Positions 1 through 13,149 of a stretch of 64,000 nt of DNA are shown piece after piece; position 1 is the first letter of the stretch, and every line of letters starts with the position of its first letter. The notes under the pieces are model-generated. The model saw only the letters and a program-made list of their open reading frames with translations, was not told the origin of the DNA and made no database searches. The DNA is from Anolis carolinensis. Its lineage: Eukaryota. Location: contig NC_085844.1 of the NCBI RefSeq assembly GCF_035594765.1, positions 228,858,107 through 228,922,106 on the forward strand. The letters run 5' to 3'. A program made the position numbers and the translations under genes.

Positions 1-141
1 TCTCCGTGACTCTATGGGTCAGGGAGAGGGAACCGTGAAAGACTAGTAGGGCACATCAGCCCTCCAGGAAACCCTTAGTCTTCTTCAACACAAAAAGAGT
101 GGTACTTTTTGTGGTGTTGTAGTACTTTTAAGATTAATATT

Positions 142-363
142 GGGTGCATCTCTACCTAACAAATTATTGCAGTTTGATACTACTTTAACTGCCATGGCTC
201 AATGCTGTGGAATCGTTGGGGTAGTAGTTTTGTAAAGTTTTTAACCTTCTTTGTGAAGAGTACTGGGGCCTCACCAAACTACAGGCCCCAGGATCCCATA
301 ACATTGAGCCATGGCCGTTTGAGTAGTATCAAACTGCATTAATGTGACAGTGTAAATGCACCC
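142..363. mobile_element. PIF/Harbinger-like MITE (GGGTGCATCTACAC family)
   Basis: GGGTGCAT...ATGCACCC termini, internal palindromy, ATT on both flanks; related copies at ~9402-9610, 10874-12952 and 27863-28029. Confidence 0.7.
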
Positions 364-1726
364 ATTATTTCAGCAAACACTTTTGTAGACTGCAACCACC
401 CTTTTCAGATGCATTTAAAAAAAGGACTGAAGTCAATTGAAAGCTCTGGTTGAAATAAAATGGTGAATCTAAAGGAACTGCAAGATTCACCCATCCCCCC
501 CTTTCTCGCTGAATGGGAGAATTTTGGGAATCATGCAGAATATGATACAGGGGAAACTGATTGAAATGACTGCCTCTCAGAGTCAGCAGAAGGCAATGGA
601 CAATTAGATGCCATCCCGTTCCACTTAACAAAAGCAAATTAGGTTGACGGTTGAATTTTACTTGCCACTGGCCAGTATCTTCTATAATTCCTGAGGTCTG
701 CAAACAGGTTTAAGAAGTGTACCCACTTTACATAAACAGAGGAGCAATGGCGGATTGAACTCGACACTAAGAACCTCAGTATTGCCTACAATATTTGCAT
801 GGGAAATCCACATGCTTTTGCAATCTACTCTAAACTAGTAAATATGTTTCCAATTGCTAAATGCATATTCACAGTACTTCCTTCCTCCCCCTTCTGAAAG
901 CACAGCTGGATTTGTCTTATAAATCACAACAGACATTTCTCTGGCAAGAAGGATCATCCCCATATACAATAAATCACGAAACATCAACAGACTCTAATGG
1001 ATTTTGAGTCTATGCCACAGACAGCCTAAGCTGGAGGCCGACATTTTGGGATCCTGGTTGCATGCCAAAGCACCCGGATAAATTATTTACATTCTGTACT
1101 CTGACATCTGAGATATAAGAAAAGGCAGCCTGGATCTGTCTGTTGTGAGAAATAAAAATGACAATTGGGTTTTGAAAAGTGCACAACATTCCTTCTCCTG
1201 ACAGACTGCATCAAATAACCCTTCATCTTTGAAATGCCTTCCTTGGACTTTACAGAAACTATATGTTTCTTTTACTATCACCTGCCATGCCCAGGCAGCA
1301 ACTCCGGTTTAAATATATAGACTGTTTTGTATACAATGTCATTTGCGCAGAGCAAGATATTTCAAAAAAGTCAACTGTGTAGAAGAGGGTGGGGAAGCAA
1401 ACCAATCCCTTCCGCTACAGCATTTTATATCTATTATTCGCTTAATGGCAGTGTGGTTTTCAAACCTCCTCCTTTCAGAAAATACTAATTTGTTTGTCAA
1501 AAAAACTCAAAGTCAGAGATGAGAAAACTGGCAATTCAAATGCTCCCATAAAGCCTAGCAAACTTAGCCAGTGGTCAACAACAACAAAACAAATTTTATT
1601 TGTATACTGCTCTATCTCCCTGGGAGGGACTCAGGGTAGTTTCCAACATGGCAAAGCATTCAATATCAATACAACAACAACGTAGTAAAAAAAAGCATAG
1701 GCATAGCTACGATTAGAATGAAAATA

Positions 1727-2070
1727 CAGTAGAGTCTCACTTATCCAACATAAACGGGCCAGCAGTACGTTGGATAAGTGAATATGTTGGATAATAAGGA
1801 GGGGTTAAGGAAAAGCCTATTAAACATCAAATTACATTATGATTTTACAAATTAAGCACCAAAACATCATGTTTTACAACAAATCAACAGAAAAAGAAGT
1901 TCAATACACAGCAATGTTATATAATAATTACTGTATTTACGAATTTAGCACCAAAATATCACAATGTATAGAAAAGATTGACTACAAAAACTTTGACTAC
2001 TAAAAGGCAGATAGTGTTGGATAATCCAGAATGTTGGATAAGCGAAGGTTGGAAAAGTGAGACTCTACTG
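1727..2070. mobile_element. Tc1/mariner (pogo/Tigger-like) MITE
   Basis: TIR CAGTAGAGTCTCACTTATCCAAC, TA duplication; four copies in window. Confidence 0.9.
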
Positions 2071-2684
2071 TACTCATTAAAATTAAAACCAGTTGAAACT
2101 ATTCTATTGGGTGAATTCAGCTACCAATGGTTGGAATACCAGGGTGCGCCTAGACAATTGTAAGAGGCTGGGCCAAGGCTAATGCAACAAGGTAACATAG
2201 CACCGGGGGATAAGTAAAGTGCAAACTGATAGGGTCTGGGTTATTCGATCTCAAGACCCGCTCAGCAGCTATAGATGACAAGGTTAGTGCAATGAGGTAT
2301 CGTAGGGCCAGGGAAATGGGTAAAGTGCAAGGTGGAGCCCTTTCTGTAGGTCAGAGTAGGGTCTGGTGCTGGAACCACCAGGTTTTCAGGTCCCTGCGGA
2401 AGGAGGGTAGTGATGGGGATTGTCTTATCTCTTTGTTCAGCAATATCCAGAAAGCCACTGGTTTCTTATCCTGGCATTAAATGCATGTCCTTGAATCCTT
2501 TATTTCAAAGAAGATTCTGGAATTCATTGTCATTTGTTTTAGATAAGGCATTTACAAGATTTTTCAGATGTCATGAGCACCTTATTTCAAGGGAGCACAA
2601 ACCCTTTTTCATTTCTCCCTTGACATACATTACAAGAGAAAGCTGAAAATGGTGAACAAGAAGTTATTTAAAAAACCCAAGGAA

Positions 2685-2878
2685 AGGCCACAGTTCAGTG
2701 GTGCAGTATATGCATTACATTTTTTAAAAAGCCCCAGGTTCAGTCTTCAGCATCTCCATGAAGAATTAGAGAAATCTCATAGCTGAAACCCTGAAGAGCC
2801 ATATCACCTATTGAACAAAACACTGAGCTACATGTGCCAATGACCTGATTCAGTATAAAGGCATTTCCTATGTTCCTA
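2685..2878 (+). mobile_element. Old tRNA-derived SINE, Squam3-like
   Basis: Degraded head plus tail ...CCAATGACCTGATTCAGTATAAAGGCATTTCCTATGTTCCT; a second copy on minus at ~53835-53996. Confidence 0.5.
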
Positions 2879-5303
2879 CGAAAGCTCAGAAACATTGCTT
2901 TTGGGACTAGAACTTCCACAATCCTCCAACCAGTAACATGCAGTGCCCATGCTTTGGGAATCTTGTGGTTATAGTCCAAAAAGGTAACATTCTCAAGCTC
3001 TATATTCCTGTTGGAGTTTGTAGCACTTTGAGACTAATCTACAAATGCGTATGTGACCAGTTTTCTCTCCATTAGTCTCAAAGATAATACCAGATCCAAT
3101 AGGAACATAGAGTTTGGTAATGTTACGTTTTTGGGACTATAACTCCCAGATTCTCCTAGCCAACATGGGCCCTGTGCATTTCTCTCTTTCTCTCTATTAG
3201 TCTCAAATGTGTGACAAGATTCCTTTGCCTACTACTGATCCAGACTAACACAGCTATATCATTGAATTCTGGTTCCTTATTGATCTTCAACTGGATGAAG
3301 ATATGGAAAACTTCCAAGTATAATCCTAGACATTTTCTGGATCAACTAGATGTGAAATAAAATGCATATTCTCTTCAATAACCCATTTTTAAAATCCACA
3401 ACAGGACTTCCTTAAGATATGTGCCTCAATAATCAAGATAGCAAATTAAACCAATTTCCAGATAACCAGTCACTAAACAAAGCACATTAAATGAAAGATA
3501 CATAGGAGAGAACATACTATAACAAACTGATATTGTTCATCAGTTGAAGGAGAACCGTTTTCAAAAACAAGTGAAATTATTATCTAGTTTGACCTCACTT
3601 AGAAATTCAGTGCATCATTATGACACACACACACAGCCACGGGCCTTTTCAAAATAAATGACCATCTTATACTTTCTGATTTTATGGATACACATTGCAT
3701 CTGCATTAGCCTTCATATTTACACCTGTTGTTGGTTTTTGAAAGCATGCTGCGGCTAGAAAAAATATGTCGCTTCAAGGCATTAACATGCAAGACCCAAT
3801 TAGCTGCCAAATATGCTAGCGATTTTGAGTCTTTATTTTCCCAAGGTTTGTTATTACCCTGCATAATGCTCCAAGAGCTGCCATATCTTAAGGATGTATT
3901 TTTACATTAGATTTTGTAGACAAGTTCAGTGACTTTAGTATGAAAAAAATATTATGTATGCATATTACATCAGATGCATAAACTAATGTAAAACAATACC
4001 TCTTGTTGAAATACATAGAGACAGTGCCTTGGAAAAGATTGAGTCAACTTTTCCAAATAATTTAAAGGAAAAGAAAAACTTAGAGATTCACAAGTGATGT
4101 GATGGACACCTATGTTATGGTTAGGAATATCCCTCAACTAAGAACACAGCATAAGAAGATGTAATTAGGGCTAAATCCAGGGTTGTTCTCAACTACAGCA
4201 AATCCACTAAAATCAATGGGACATAAATGGTGTCTAAAAAAATCCCAGTCATTCCAATGGGTCTACCCTAATTGTGACTAATACCGACTGTAGCCCTTAT
4301 TCAAATCTAGCCTTAATGGTTGATACAAGCAGAAGCCAGCTCACACAACTTATCTTTCCCTCCTCTCTGCTGTAGTCTGTTGCACCCACTCAATATATGA
4401 AACTGTCTTTTACAGCTCAGTAACTTATTTCCCAGTAGTGAGTTTTTACCAGCAGCAGCTTTCCAAGGTCATCAACTATAAATCCTTTATAGTACAGCTG
4501 TCTTTGAATATTTTGAAAGGAGATGCAAAGAATAAAAATTGGGGTGCATCAACCAAGGCAAAGTGTAAGAGCTCTGTTCCTGAGGTCTCTTATGACAACA
4601 GGTCTCAGCCTCATGCTATAAATTTCTCACTTATAGCATTAAATGTTGTTGTTTTTTTACCATAACACCCACCACTCATGCTAGCCGGCGAGTTTGGGGT
4701 GCTATAGTTTGAAGAGTTACTTTCCCATCTCTGCTCACACTCTGGTTGGAAAACGACTCTTCCGTTCCTCAAATTGTTGAAGGACAAAACAGAGACATAC
4801 CATATAATGTTTAACATATTGTTTCAAAGAAAAGGTTCCAAGTGCATATCAATGAATAACCTTTAAAACCTCAGTGATCCAGTATGACCACAAGAAATGT
4901 TGGCAGTTGGAAGTTTTCCCTGGAACTTGGAAAATACATTTTGTACTATAACAAATCTTAGAATTCTCCAGTAATTCTGGGGACTCTGGGAGTTGTACTC
5001 CAAAAGGTAACTCTTCCAATAAATGCTTTTGGGAGGCAACTTATAACTGCTGTGAAAGGTAGCTATGGACTCAATGTAAAATAAAAACATTACATGCAGA
5101 CTTCAGGTCTGCATGAAACGCCTGAAACCACACATTAAAAAAAATCAACAAATGTGACACTAGCATCAGTCATAAAAACTAAGTTATTGCATTCAGAAAG
5201 ATATACCGGTAATTGCTAGTACTTATATTCCATAAAAAACCCACCAGTGTTCATTATGAGATTTGCCTAAAGAATGATATACTACTATTCATATTTATCT
5301 CTT

Positions 5304-5306
<3 letters not shown>

Positions 5307-5360
<54 letters not shown>
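5307..5360. repeat. (AT)n microsatellite
   Basis: Pure AT dinucleotide run. Confidence 0.98.
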
Positions 5361-5362
<2 letters not shown>

Positions 5363-6042
5363 TCTTTTGTCTATTGTAAACCAAATATGTTGATGAACAT
5401 TTCTGTTTAGAGGCTACCACATATTGTAAAGATAATATGATTCAGGATGTAGCAGTGGGAAGAAAATTAGTATGGAGCTCATACTAATGCTCAACTGAAA
5501 TCTGTTGCATTGCACCCATACTTTTAAGGTCATCCTTCTAACAAACCCAAACTCTTTTCAAGAGATTAGACAAAACTCTATTCAAACAGTGTATGATTGA
5601 TGAACACATTACATATTCAGAAATACATTACAGATCTGCCTTTTGTGACTTGAAGTATCCACATAATCTGAAGTGTACTCTACTGCTGCCCTTCCAATCA
5701 AGTAATTCCGTTCTCTGGAGAACATCCTCAACTGTTGTGTCAATAAATATCTAGGGAAAAAAGACTGATGGGCCAATATTTGTCTTAACAACCTAGATCC
5801 TCTCACTTAAAAACTAATACCAAATCCCAACAGTTGAATATGTAAATATGGAAAGGAAAACAACATGGGGCTCCACAAAACCAAAAGATAATTGAGGCTT
5901 TTGGCAAGTCCTTTTGGTGATAAACAATGTTGTGAACAATCACGGGACATGCTTGAAAAACTATTGTCCACCATCCATCGCTTTAATGAATATAAGCCAA
6001 GCCTATCCATCAAAGATAATGAATGTATAGCTTGAACATTAC

Positions 6043-6609
6043 CTTGGCCGCTACTGAGGAATTGGGTTTCTCCAAAAGGTCCCAGAGTTTTTTCCTCTTC
6101 TCAGCGCAGCAGGTATTATCAAATTCCTCTCCTTCCCTCTCCCGCATTGTTTCCGCTTCTCGCTTGAGCTCTTCATTCATCTGCTCCTTTTTCTGGTGGT
6201 ACCTTGCCTGACAACAGGACTCCAGATAGATCTCATCGATTCCCCAGTAGTCCAGCTCTTGGCTGAAGGACAAGGCACACATTTCCTCCATCATGTGCAG
6301 CTTGCCTGTGCGGTAAAAGTTCAAGATTGAAGTAAATGCCCCTGGATGCCTATCGAAGAAATACTCATTCTCCTCCAAGTTGTAGTCGTCACATATATCC
6401 ATCAAAGTTTCATGGGTGTTGCCGTCTCTGAGCTTACCCAGCCTTGTCCGAGGCAACCTATCCAAGGTTCTCCATAAAACCTCATGAGCCAAGCCACCCA
6501 CATTAAGCTTGACCCTCCTGGAACAGGCCTTGCTTCGAACAATCTCTGTGGGATCTGGAGGCAAAGAGGTAGTTGATCGAGATCCATTTTTGTTCATTCC
6601 CGCAGGCAT
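6043..6609 (-). CDS. KCNB1: Kv2.1 voltage-gated K+ channel, first coding exon (N-terminus and T1/BTB domain, 189 codons)
   Basis: Translation [20 protein letters not shown]...[24 protein letters not shown]...EYFFDRHP...KPNSSVAAK matches Kv2.1 (KCNB2 starts MAEKAPPG and has NHEVLW); 567 nt then AAG|GTAATG donor at 6042, same phase-0 position as mammalian KCNB1. Confidence 0.97.
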
Positions 6610-7249
6610 TGCTCGTCTCTATAAGGCTAGAACTGGGCGATGACAACTCCCAAAATACTCACACTTCTGAGCAGGATCCCTTCATCTGTTCTCCTTCTCC
6701 TCCATGCCTGCAAGAGAAGAAGAAAAATATTCAGAGAGCTCCTGGTGATTTCCGAGAATCCAACAAGAGCCTCTTCCTTTGTTTGTGGACTGCCGGCTTG
6801 ATCAATTAGTCAGGCAGACATATAAATAGCTGTTAGTATGCCTGGAGGAGCAGCAGGGAGAGTGGACTGGCTGCAAGAACACAGGTCGCTGTTCAGTCTC
6901 CTGGTGCTGAAAATGAACAGAGAGGCTTAAGAACAGCAAGTTGGGAAGGGTGTGAATGTGTGCGGCGGCAGCAGCGGCTGGGATTATTTTGCCATTGGGC
7001 TAATGCAAGACTTTAGTAGAGTCTTTGCCAAATCTTTAAACAGGAGGAACCCATTCTAACGGGGAAGAGTTTCTGAGCCCTGCCTATGAAATGGACTCTC
7101 TGAATATTTGGTTTTCACCCTCTCAGTCAATAACTGTGCTTTCTGTATGGGGTGGCTACTTGATAACCTCTGCAGACTCAAATGAGGGCAATGCCTATTT
7201 TAATTCACTTTGGCCTGATTCAAGTAATATGTATGATGCATTCTCTTCA

Positions 7250-8115
7250 CCTTATTTATTTATTTACTTATTTATTTCTATATTGCCTTTCTCCAAGGAC
7301 TCCAGCGGGTTTAAAACAACAGCTAAACATGTGATATAAAATTTAAGCCATTAAAATAATCCCATATGTTACCATAGAACATACATTTGTCATTAAAAGA
7401 TAAAATATGATTATAAAGTGTAGTTCCTAGGCTTCTGTCATCTTTAATTAAAAGCTATTCCACATAGGAAAGTTTTCAGATATTTTCTAAAGGAGAAGAG
7501 TTTGGGGGCTGCTCTGATCATTTCTAGCAGAGCCTTCCAGAGTTTTGGACTCGCAGCCGAGAAAGTGCCATCTCTAGACAGTTTTAAGTGTCGACTGTCC
7601 CTGAGCTGAGTGGAGAGGAACATTTCGCTACTCCATATTGGGAGTCTGTGTAGTATCCTTGACTGAAACCATGCAGGGCTTTATAGGTTAAAACCAGCAC
7701 TTTAAATTGGGCTAATCGGGAGCTAGTGGGGCTGCCCCAGCAGGAGAGTGGTACACTCCCTGGAGTCAGCTCTGATGAGCAGTCTGGCTGCTATGCGCAG
7801 GACCAGTTGCAATTTCCAGACACTTTTTAAAGGCAGTCCAATGTAAAGCACATGTCCAAATGGGATGTAACCAGTGCATGTACTACCACAGCAAAGTCAG
7901 ATTTCTTCAGAAATGGGCATAGCTGGCATACAAGTTTTAATTGTGCAAAGGCCACCACCACTAGATGTGCTTCTAGATTTAAGGTGGGGTCCAGGACCAC
8001 CCCCAAACTGCAAACCTGAGATTTCAGGGGAAGTGTAATCCCATCCAGCTCAAGTTGTAACCCTATCTCTGGACTGATCTTAAGAAAGACCTGCAGTACT
8101 TCCCTTTTGCCTGGA
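7250..8115 (-). mobile_element. L2 LINE 3' fragment, degraded
   Basis: (TTTA)n tail at left; internal similarity to the L2 at 59313-60246. Confidence 0.7.
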
Positions 8116-10644
8116 TGCCATTCTTTGTAGCCTATACCCTTGCTACATTTGTGGACAAATTCTTTTTCTCAGCTGAAACCTAGCTTTGGTTATATTGATC
8201 AATCATACAAAACCTCAGATTCTTGCTTATTTTATGGAAAGATGTGTTTTCGGCAATTTGCATCCTGTAGGATAATTCAAAACCACATGAAGATAAATAT
8301 TAATCACTAAAACGCAGTTGCGCCCTTTTGTTACTTTGCAACATCCTTCTACATATACATGCTTTAGATTCAGGCTTTATTTGTGAGTGATAATGTTGAT
8401 GTTCCTGTATAAAAAGCAAATACTTGATCAAGCATGTTGTAATACACTTTACAGGCCCTCATCAGAACAATCTCTATGGCAACACCTCTGTGGAAAGTCC
8501 AAAAGGTCAGGCAGCTCTGTTGATATAAAGCAATTTCCAGCCATTTTCACCTCAGCTAGGAGCAGGTCTTTTGTACAGTCACCTCAACATAATTTGGATT
8601 ACAGTAGGAATATTTCAAGAAAGCTAATGATAAAACCACGTTTGAGTATTCCTTGCCTAATGGAATGCTATGTAATTCATGGAGTTGACATTAATCAACA
8701 GGTGACCTGAAGGCACATACACTCACATATTTATTTATTTTCAGCATTAATATCCCATCCTTCTCACCCGAAGGGACTCAGGGTGGCTGATAATAGGGAT
8801 AATGCATAACAATATACATATCATTTGCAAATCATTTTCCCTTTTATGACTGTAAACATTGCATAGGGAAAAGGGGAATCCAAGGGAGATGGTAGATGAT
8901 TCCATAGTTGCTGAAAATAATAAAAAAAATACTTATGCAAATCCAGGTTCTACTTCATCACTGCGTACAACAATATTACACCAAGAAGCCTTGGGTTCTG
9001 GATAAGAACAGATGGATATTGGTCATCTGTGTTGCTGAGATAGTTTGGTTCCCATAGTTATGAATGAAAAGGCTAAAACATCTGAATTTCTTTCTTCTTA
9101 GAAACATAAATAGAAAGGCCAAGTGTACATGTACCATGATGGTCACTTTACAATTCAAACCAAAGTCTCTTATAGATGTTTTTCTTCACACAGACGTACT
9201 ACACACAGTGATGTGCACAGTGAAGGGTGCTTTACTACAATGTTGTTAGAAATTATATACATCACATTTCAACATGATTTACCCCCCCCCCCCCCAATAG
9301 ATGCATATACATATAAATCACAAATAAATCAAAGCAGGATCCCAAGGAATTCAATGTTTGGAAGTATATTAATCTTAAATAGAGAATTAAATCTAGATTT
9401 AGGGTGCATCTACACTGTAGAATGAATGCAGTTTGACATTACTTCAACGGCCATGGTTCAATGTTATGAAATCCTGAGAACTGTAATTTTACAAATTCTT
9501 TTCTGCCAAAGCATGCTAGTACCCCACCAAACTCCAACTCCCAGGATCCTAAAGCATTGAGCCATGACAGTTAAAGTGGTGTCAATTTGCATCTCTCCTA
9601 TAGCATACAGCTAGCCTTATTCGTGCTTAGGGTAAGCCAAGAGATTTGTCACAACCAATTAGTAATTATGAGCTTACCATTGATTTCCACGGGTGTCTTC
9701 AAAGCAGGACTAAGACTGGATCCAATCCAAGAGAATTTGGAGGCTGTTTTTAAAATTTCTTGGTTCTAAAATATTTTTTCAATGGCCCTTTCAGCAACAT
9801 TTCTGTGGCTTGCTTTCTTCTGCCAAGGAGTGGAACCATGACTTTTGAACAAGCTGCCATGATTTGTGCTTCTTAGCTATTCAAGGAAATGTAAACAACT
9901 CTAGTCCCCTTGCACTTGCTTCTCATCTGTCAACTCCTTTCAAATGTAACATGTTACAGCGCAGGCTGCTAGTAGGAGAGATGAGACCATCAAATCACAA
10001 GTCCTGCTTTAGCATGGGTAGCCCTCCTCTACATGGAGAAAGTCTAACCGGAGCCAAGCCAAATGACATTCACAGACTACTATCCCTGTGCATTCAGTGT
10101 GCAAGCTTTTTCAAAGCAATGACAGGCTGATCATGACATTTACATAAACAAATATTGGCAGAGATATTTTCAGGGCCTGAAATTGCAGCAACACCACATT
10201 AAATGTAGATACAGCCTCAGTTTAGGTGGTTAAAATGACCACTTACAACAGAGGTCTCTGGTGGATCCAGTGGGCCCTCCATGGTCCCATCAATATGTGA
10301 TCTGTTTGAGGATCAGGAGAACAGACTTTATATGGTCTTTTGCCTTATAAAGGTCTCTGATGTACAGAATGAATGAGGAAGCGACAGATTAGTTTTCTCA
10401 CATTTAACCAAGGAATGGAGGGGTAAAATTCTACATCAACACACACCCACATTTACAGTGGATAAGAGATTGTATCAGGGATGTTCAAATGAAAGAGATT
10501 GAGTGTGCAAAGGGGTGCGAGTGCATCCACACCTACCTTTAGTGAAACCAATTGGGGGGGGGGGGGAGGGCAACTATTGAAAGAGGCCACATGTTAAGTC
10601 CAGTTTGCTGAAACAGCACAATGGCCAAATAGATGACTCCGCTT

Positions 10645-10741
10645 AAGCGGCTGTGGGGGAAAAGGAAGGGACCTGAGGCTGTTAGGAATGGTGGGAGTTG
10701 GAGTCCAAAATACCTGGAGGGCCCAAGTTTGCCCATGCTTG
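10645..10741. mobile_element. hAT MITE right half
   Basis: Ends AAGTTTGCCCATGCTTG, matches the intact MITE at 32588-32678. Confidence 0.6.
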
Positions 10742-11624
10742 GTGTAGATGCACCCCAACTCTGTGGAATGAGGATTTTCTCTGCCAAAGAATGCTGGTGC
10801 CTCACCATGTTACAGATTCCAGGATTCCATAGGATTGAGCTGTGTTTGCTGCCGCCTCCACTACTGCCTTATAGGGATGCATCCATATTGTAGAATGAAC
10901 CACTTTAAGTGCCACGTCTCAATGCTATGAATCATGGAAATTGTAGTTTAACAAAGTATTTAGCCTTCTCTGCCAAGCAGAGCTGGTGCCTCACCAACTG
11001 CAGCTCCCAGGGTCCCATAGCATGGCCCATGGCAGTTAAAGCGATGTCAGGCTGCATTCATAGAATAATAAAGTTGGAAGAGACCTTATGGGCCATCCAG
11101 TCCAACCCCTTGCCAAGAAGCAGGAAAACTGCATTCAAATCACCCCTGACAGATGGCCATCCAGCCTCTGTTTAAAAGCCTCCAAAGAAGGAGCCTCCAC
11201 CACACTCCGGGGAAGAGAGTTCCACTCCTAAACAGCTCTCACAGTGAGGATGTTCTTTCTAATGTTCAGGTGGAATCTCCTTTCCTGTAGTTTGAAGCCA
11301 TTATTCTGCATCCTAGTCTCCAGGGCAGCAGAAAACAAGCTTGCTCCCTCCTCTCTATGTCTTCCCCTCACATATTTATACATGGCCATCATCATGTCTC
11401 CTCTCAGCCTTCTCTTCTGCAGGCTAAACATGTCCAGCTCTTTCAGCCGCTCCTTGTAGGGCTTGTTCTCCAGACCCTTGATCATTTTATTCACCATCCT
11501 CTGGAAACATTTCAGCTTGTCAACGTCTCTTTTCAATTGTGGTGCCCAGAATTGGACACAGTATTCCAGGTGTGGTCTGACCAAGGCAGAATAGAGAGGT
11601 AGCATGACTTCCCAGGATTTAGAC

Positions 11625-12331
11625 CAGGGGTCCCCAAACTAAGGCCCGGGGGCCGGATGCGGCCCTCCAAGGTCATTTACCTGGCCCCCGCCCTCAGTTT
11701 TATAATATAATATTTTTGTATTAGTTTCAATAATATAATATATTGTATATACATATAATATTGATAATAATATTATGTTATGCAATATAATACTAATAAT
11801 AATACCATATAATAATATTAATTATATGTTATATATTACATATAATATTACAGTATAGTGGTATAGTTCAATATAGTAATATATAATGCTAATATTGTGC
11901 TATGCTAATAATATAATATATTGTATGTACATATAGCTGCTCTGAGCCACCTTCAGGGTGAGAAGGGTGGGATATAAATGTAGTAAATAAATGCAGTAAA
12001 TAATTAATTAATTTTAGACTTAGGCTCTCCCAAAGTCTGAAATGACTTGAAGTCACACGATAACAACAATCCTAACTAACTTGACTATTTCATTGGCCAG
12101 AAGCAGGCCCACACTTTCCATTGAAATCCTGATAGGTTTATGTTGGTTAAAATTGTTTTCATTTTTAAATATTGTATTGTTCTTTCGTTGTTGTTGTTGT
12201 TGTTTCACTACAAATAAGACATGTGCAGTATGCATAGGAATTTGTATTTTTTTTTCAAATGATAATTTGGCCCCACAACAGTCTGAAGGATTGTGGACCG
12301 GCCCTCTGCTTCAAAAGTTCGAGGACCCCTG
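11625..12331. mobile_element. Non-autonomous hAT (Charlie group, OC1/hAT-HT-like) with internal AT-rich tract and L2-type tail
   Basis: TIR CAGGGGTCC(C/T)C; perfect 8-bp TSD ATTTAGAC (11617-24, 12332-39). Confidence 0.9.
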
Positions 12332-12503
12332 ATTTAGACACTAGACTCCTATTTATACAGGCTTTTTTTCGCCATCTCATGACATTGTTGGCTCATGTTT
12401 AACTTGTTGTCCACAAGGACTCCAAGATCTTTTTCACATGGAGGAAGGCGTACTCCATTCTGCATCTTTGCCTTTCATTTTTTCTGCCTAAGTGGAGGGA
12501 GTA

Positions 12504-12825
12504 CAGTAGAATCTCACTTATCCAACATTCGCTTACCCAACGTTCTGGATTATCCAACACATTTTGTAGTCAATGTTTTCAATACATCATGATATTTTGG
12601 TGCTAAATTCATAAATACAGTAATTACTACATAGCATTACTGGGTATTGAACTACTTTTTCTGTCAAGTTTGTTGTATAACATGATGTTTTGGTGCTTAA
12701 TTTGTAAAATCATAACCTAATTTGATGTTTAATAGGCTTTTCCTTAATCCCTCCTTATTATCCAATATATTCGCTTATCCAACATTCTGCCGGCCCATTT
12801 ATGTTGGATAAGTGAGACTCTACTG
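12504..12825. mobile_element. Tc1/mariner MITE nested in CR1
   Basis: Same TIR as 1727-2070, TA flanks. Confidence 0.9.
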
Positions 12826-13149
12826 TATCTTGCATCTGTCCCTGTTGAACTTCCTTTTGTTCGTTTTTGGCCCATTTCTTTAATCTGTTAGGATCGTTTC
12901 TGAATTCTGCTCCTGTCTTCTGGAGTATTCTTTCTACAGTGTAGGTGCACCCAAAGACTACAGGTGTGTTTGTATGTGTGTGGACGTGTTTCCGGAAAGG
13001 AAAGTAAAAGGGATATCAAACTGCACTTATTTTACAAGGGAGATGCACCCAAAGTGGTTAGGGGAGAGGAGAGCGCATTGACACGGAAGATTGACTAAAA
13101 TCATGGCATTTGTTTCCCCTCGAAGAGGGAGGAGCTGAAGAGCCCATCA

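Larger units (their letters stand above)
11059..12927 (-). mobile_element. CR1 LINE 3' fragment (interrupted by two DNA transposons)
   Basis: ORF LYSALVRPHLEYCVQFWAP...LQKRRLRGDM is the CR1 ORF2 C-terminus; ATTCTA-type tail at 11059-11075. Confidence 0.93.
10874..12952. mobile_element. Harbinger-like MITE split by a CR1 insertion (parts 10874-11058 and ~12931-12952)
   Basis: Left part follows the 142-363 family up to GCTGCATTC; the missing end TTCTACAGTGTAGGTGCACCC reappears after the CR1. Confidence 0.75.

Noticed and set aside
6010-6042. ORF tail [10 protein letters not shown] after VAAK
   Set aside because: Intron read-through past the canonical donor, not a truncated channel
6657-6662. 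GTGAGT donor-like site in the KCNB1 leader
   Set aside because: AGs available before the ATG would give an intron under 50 nt
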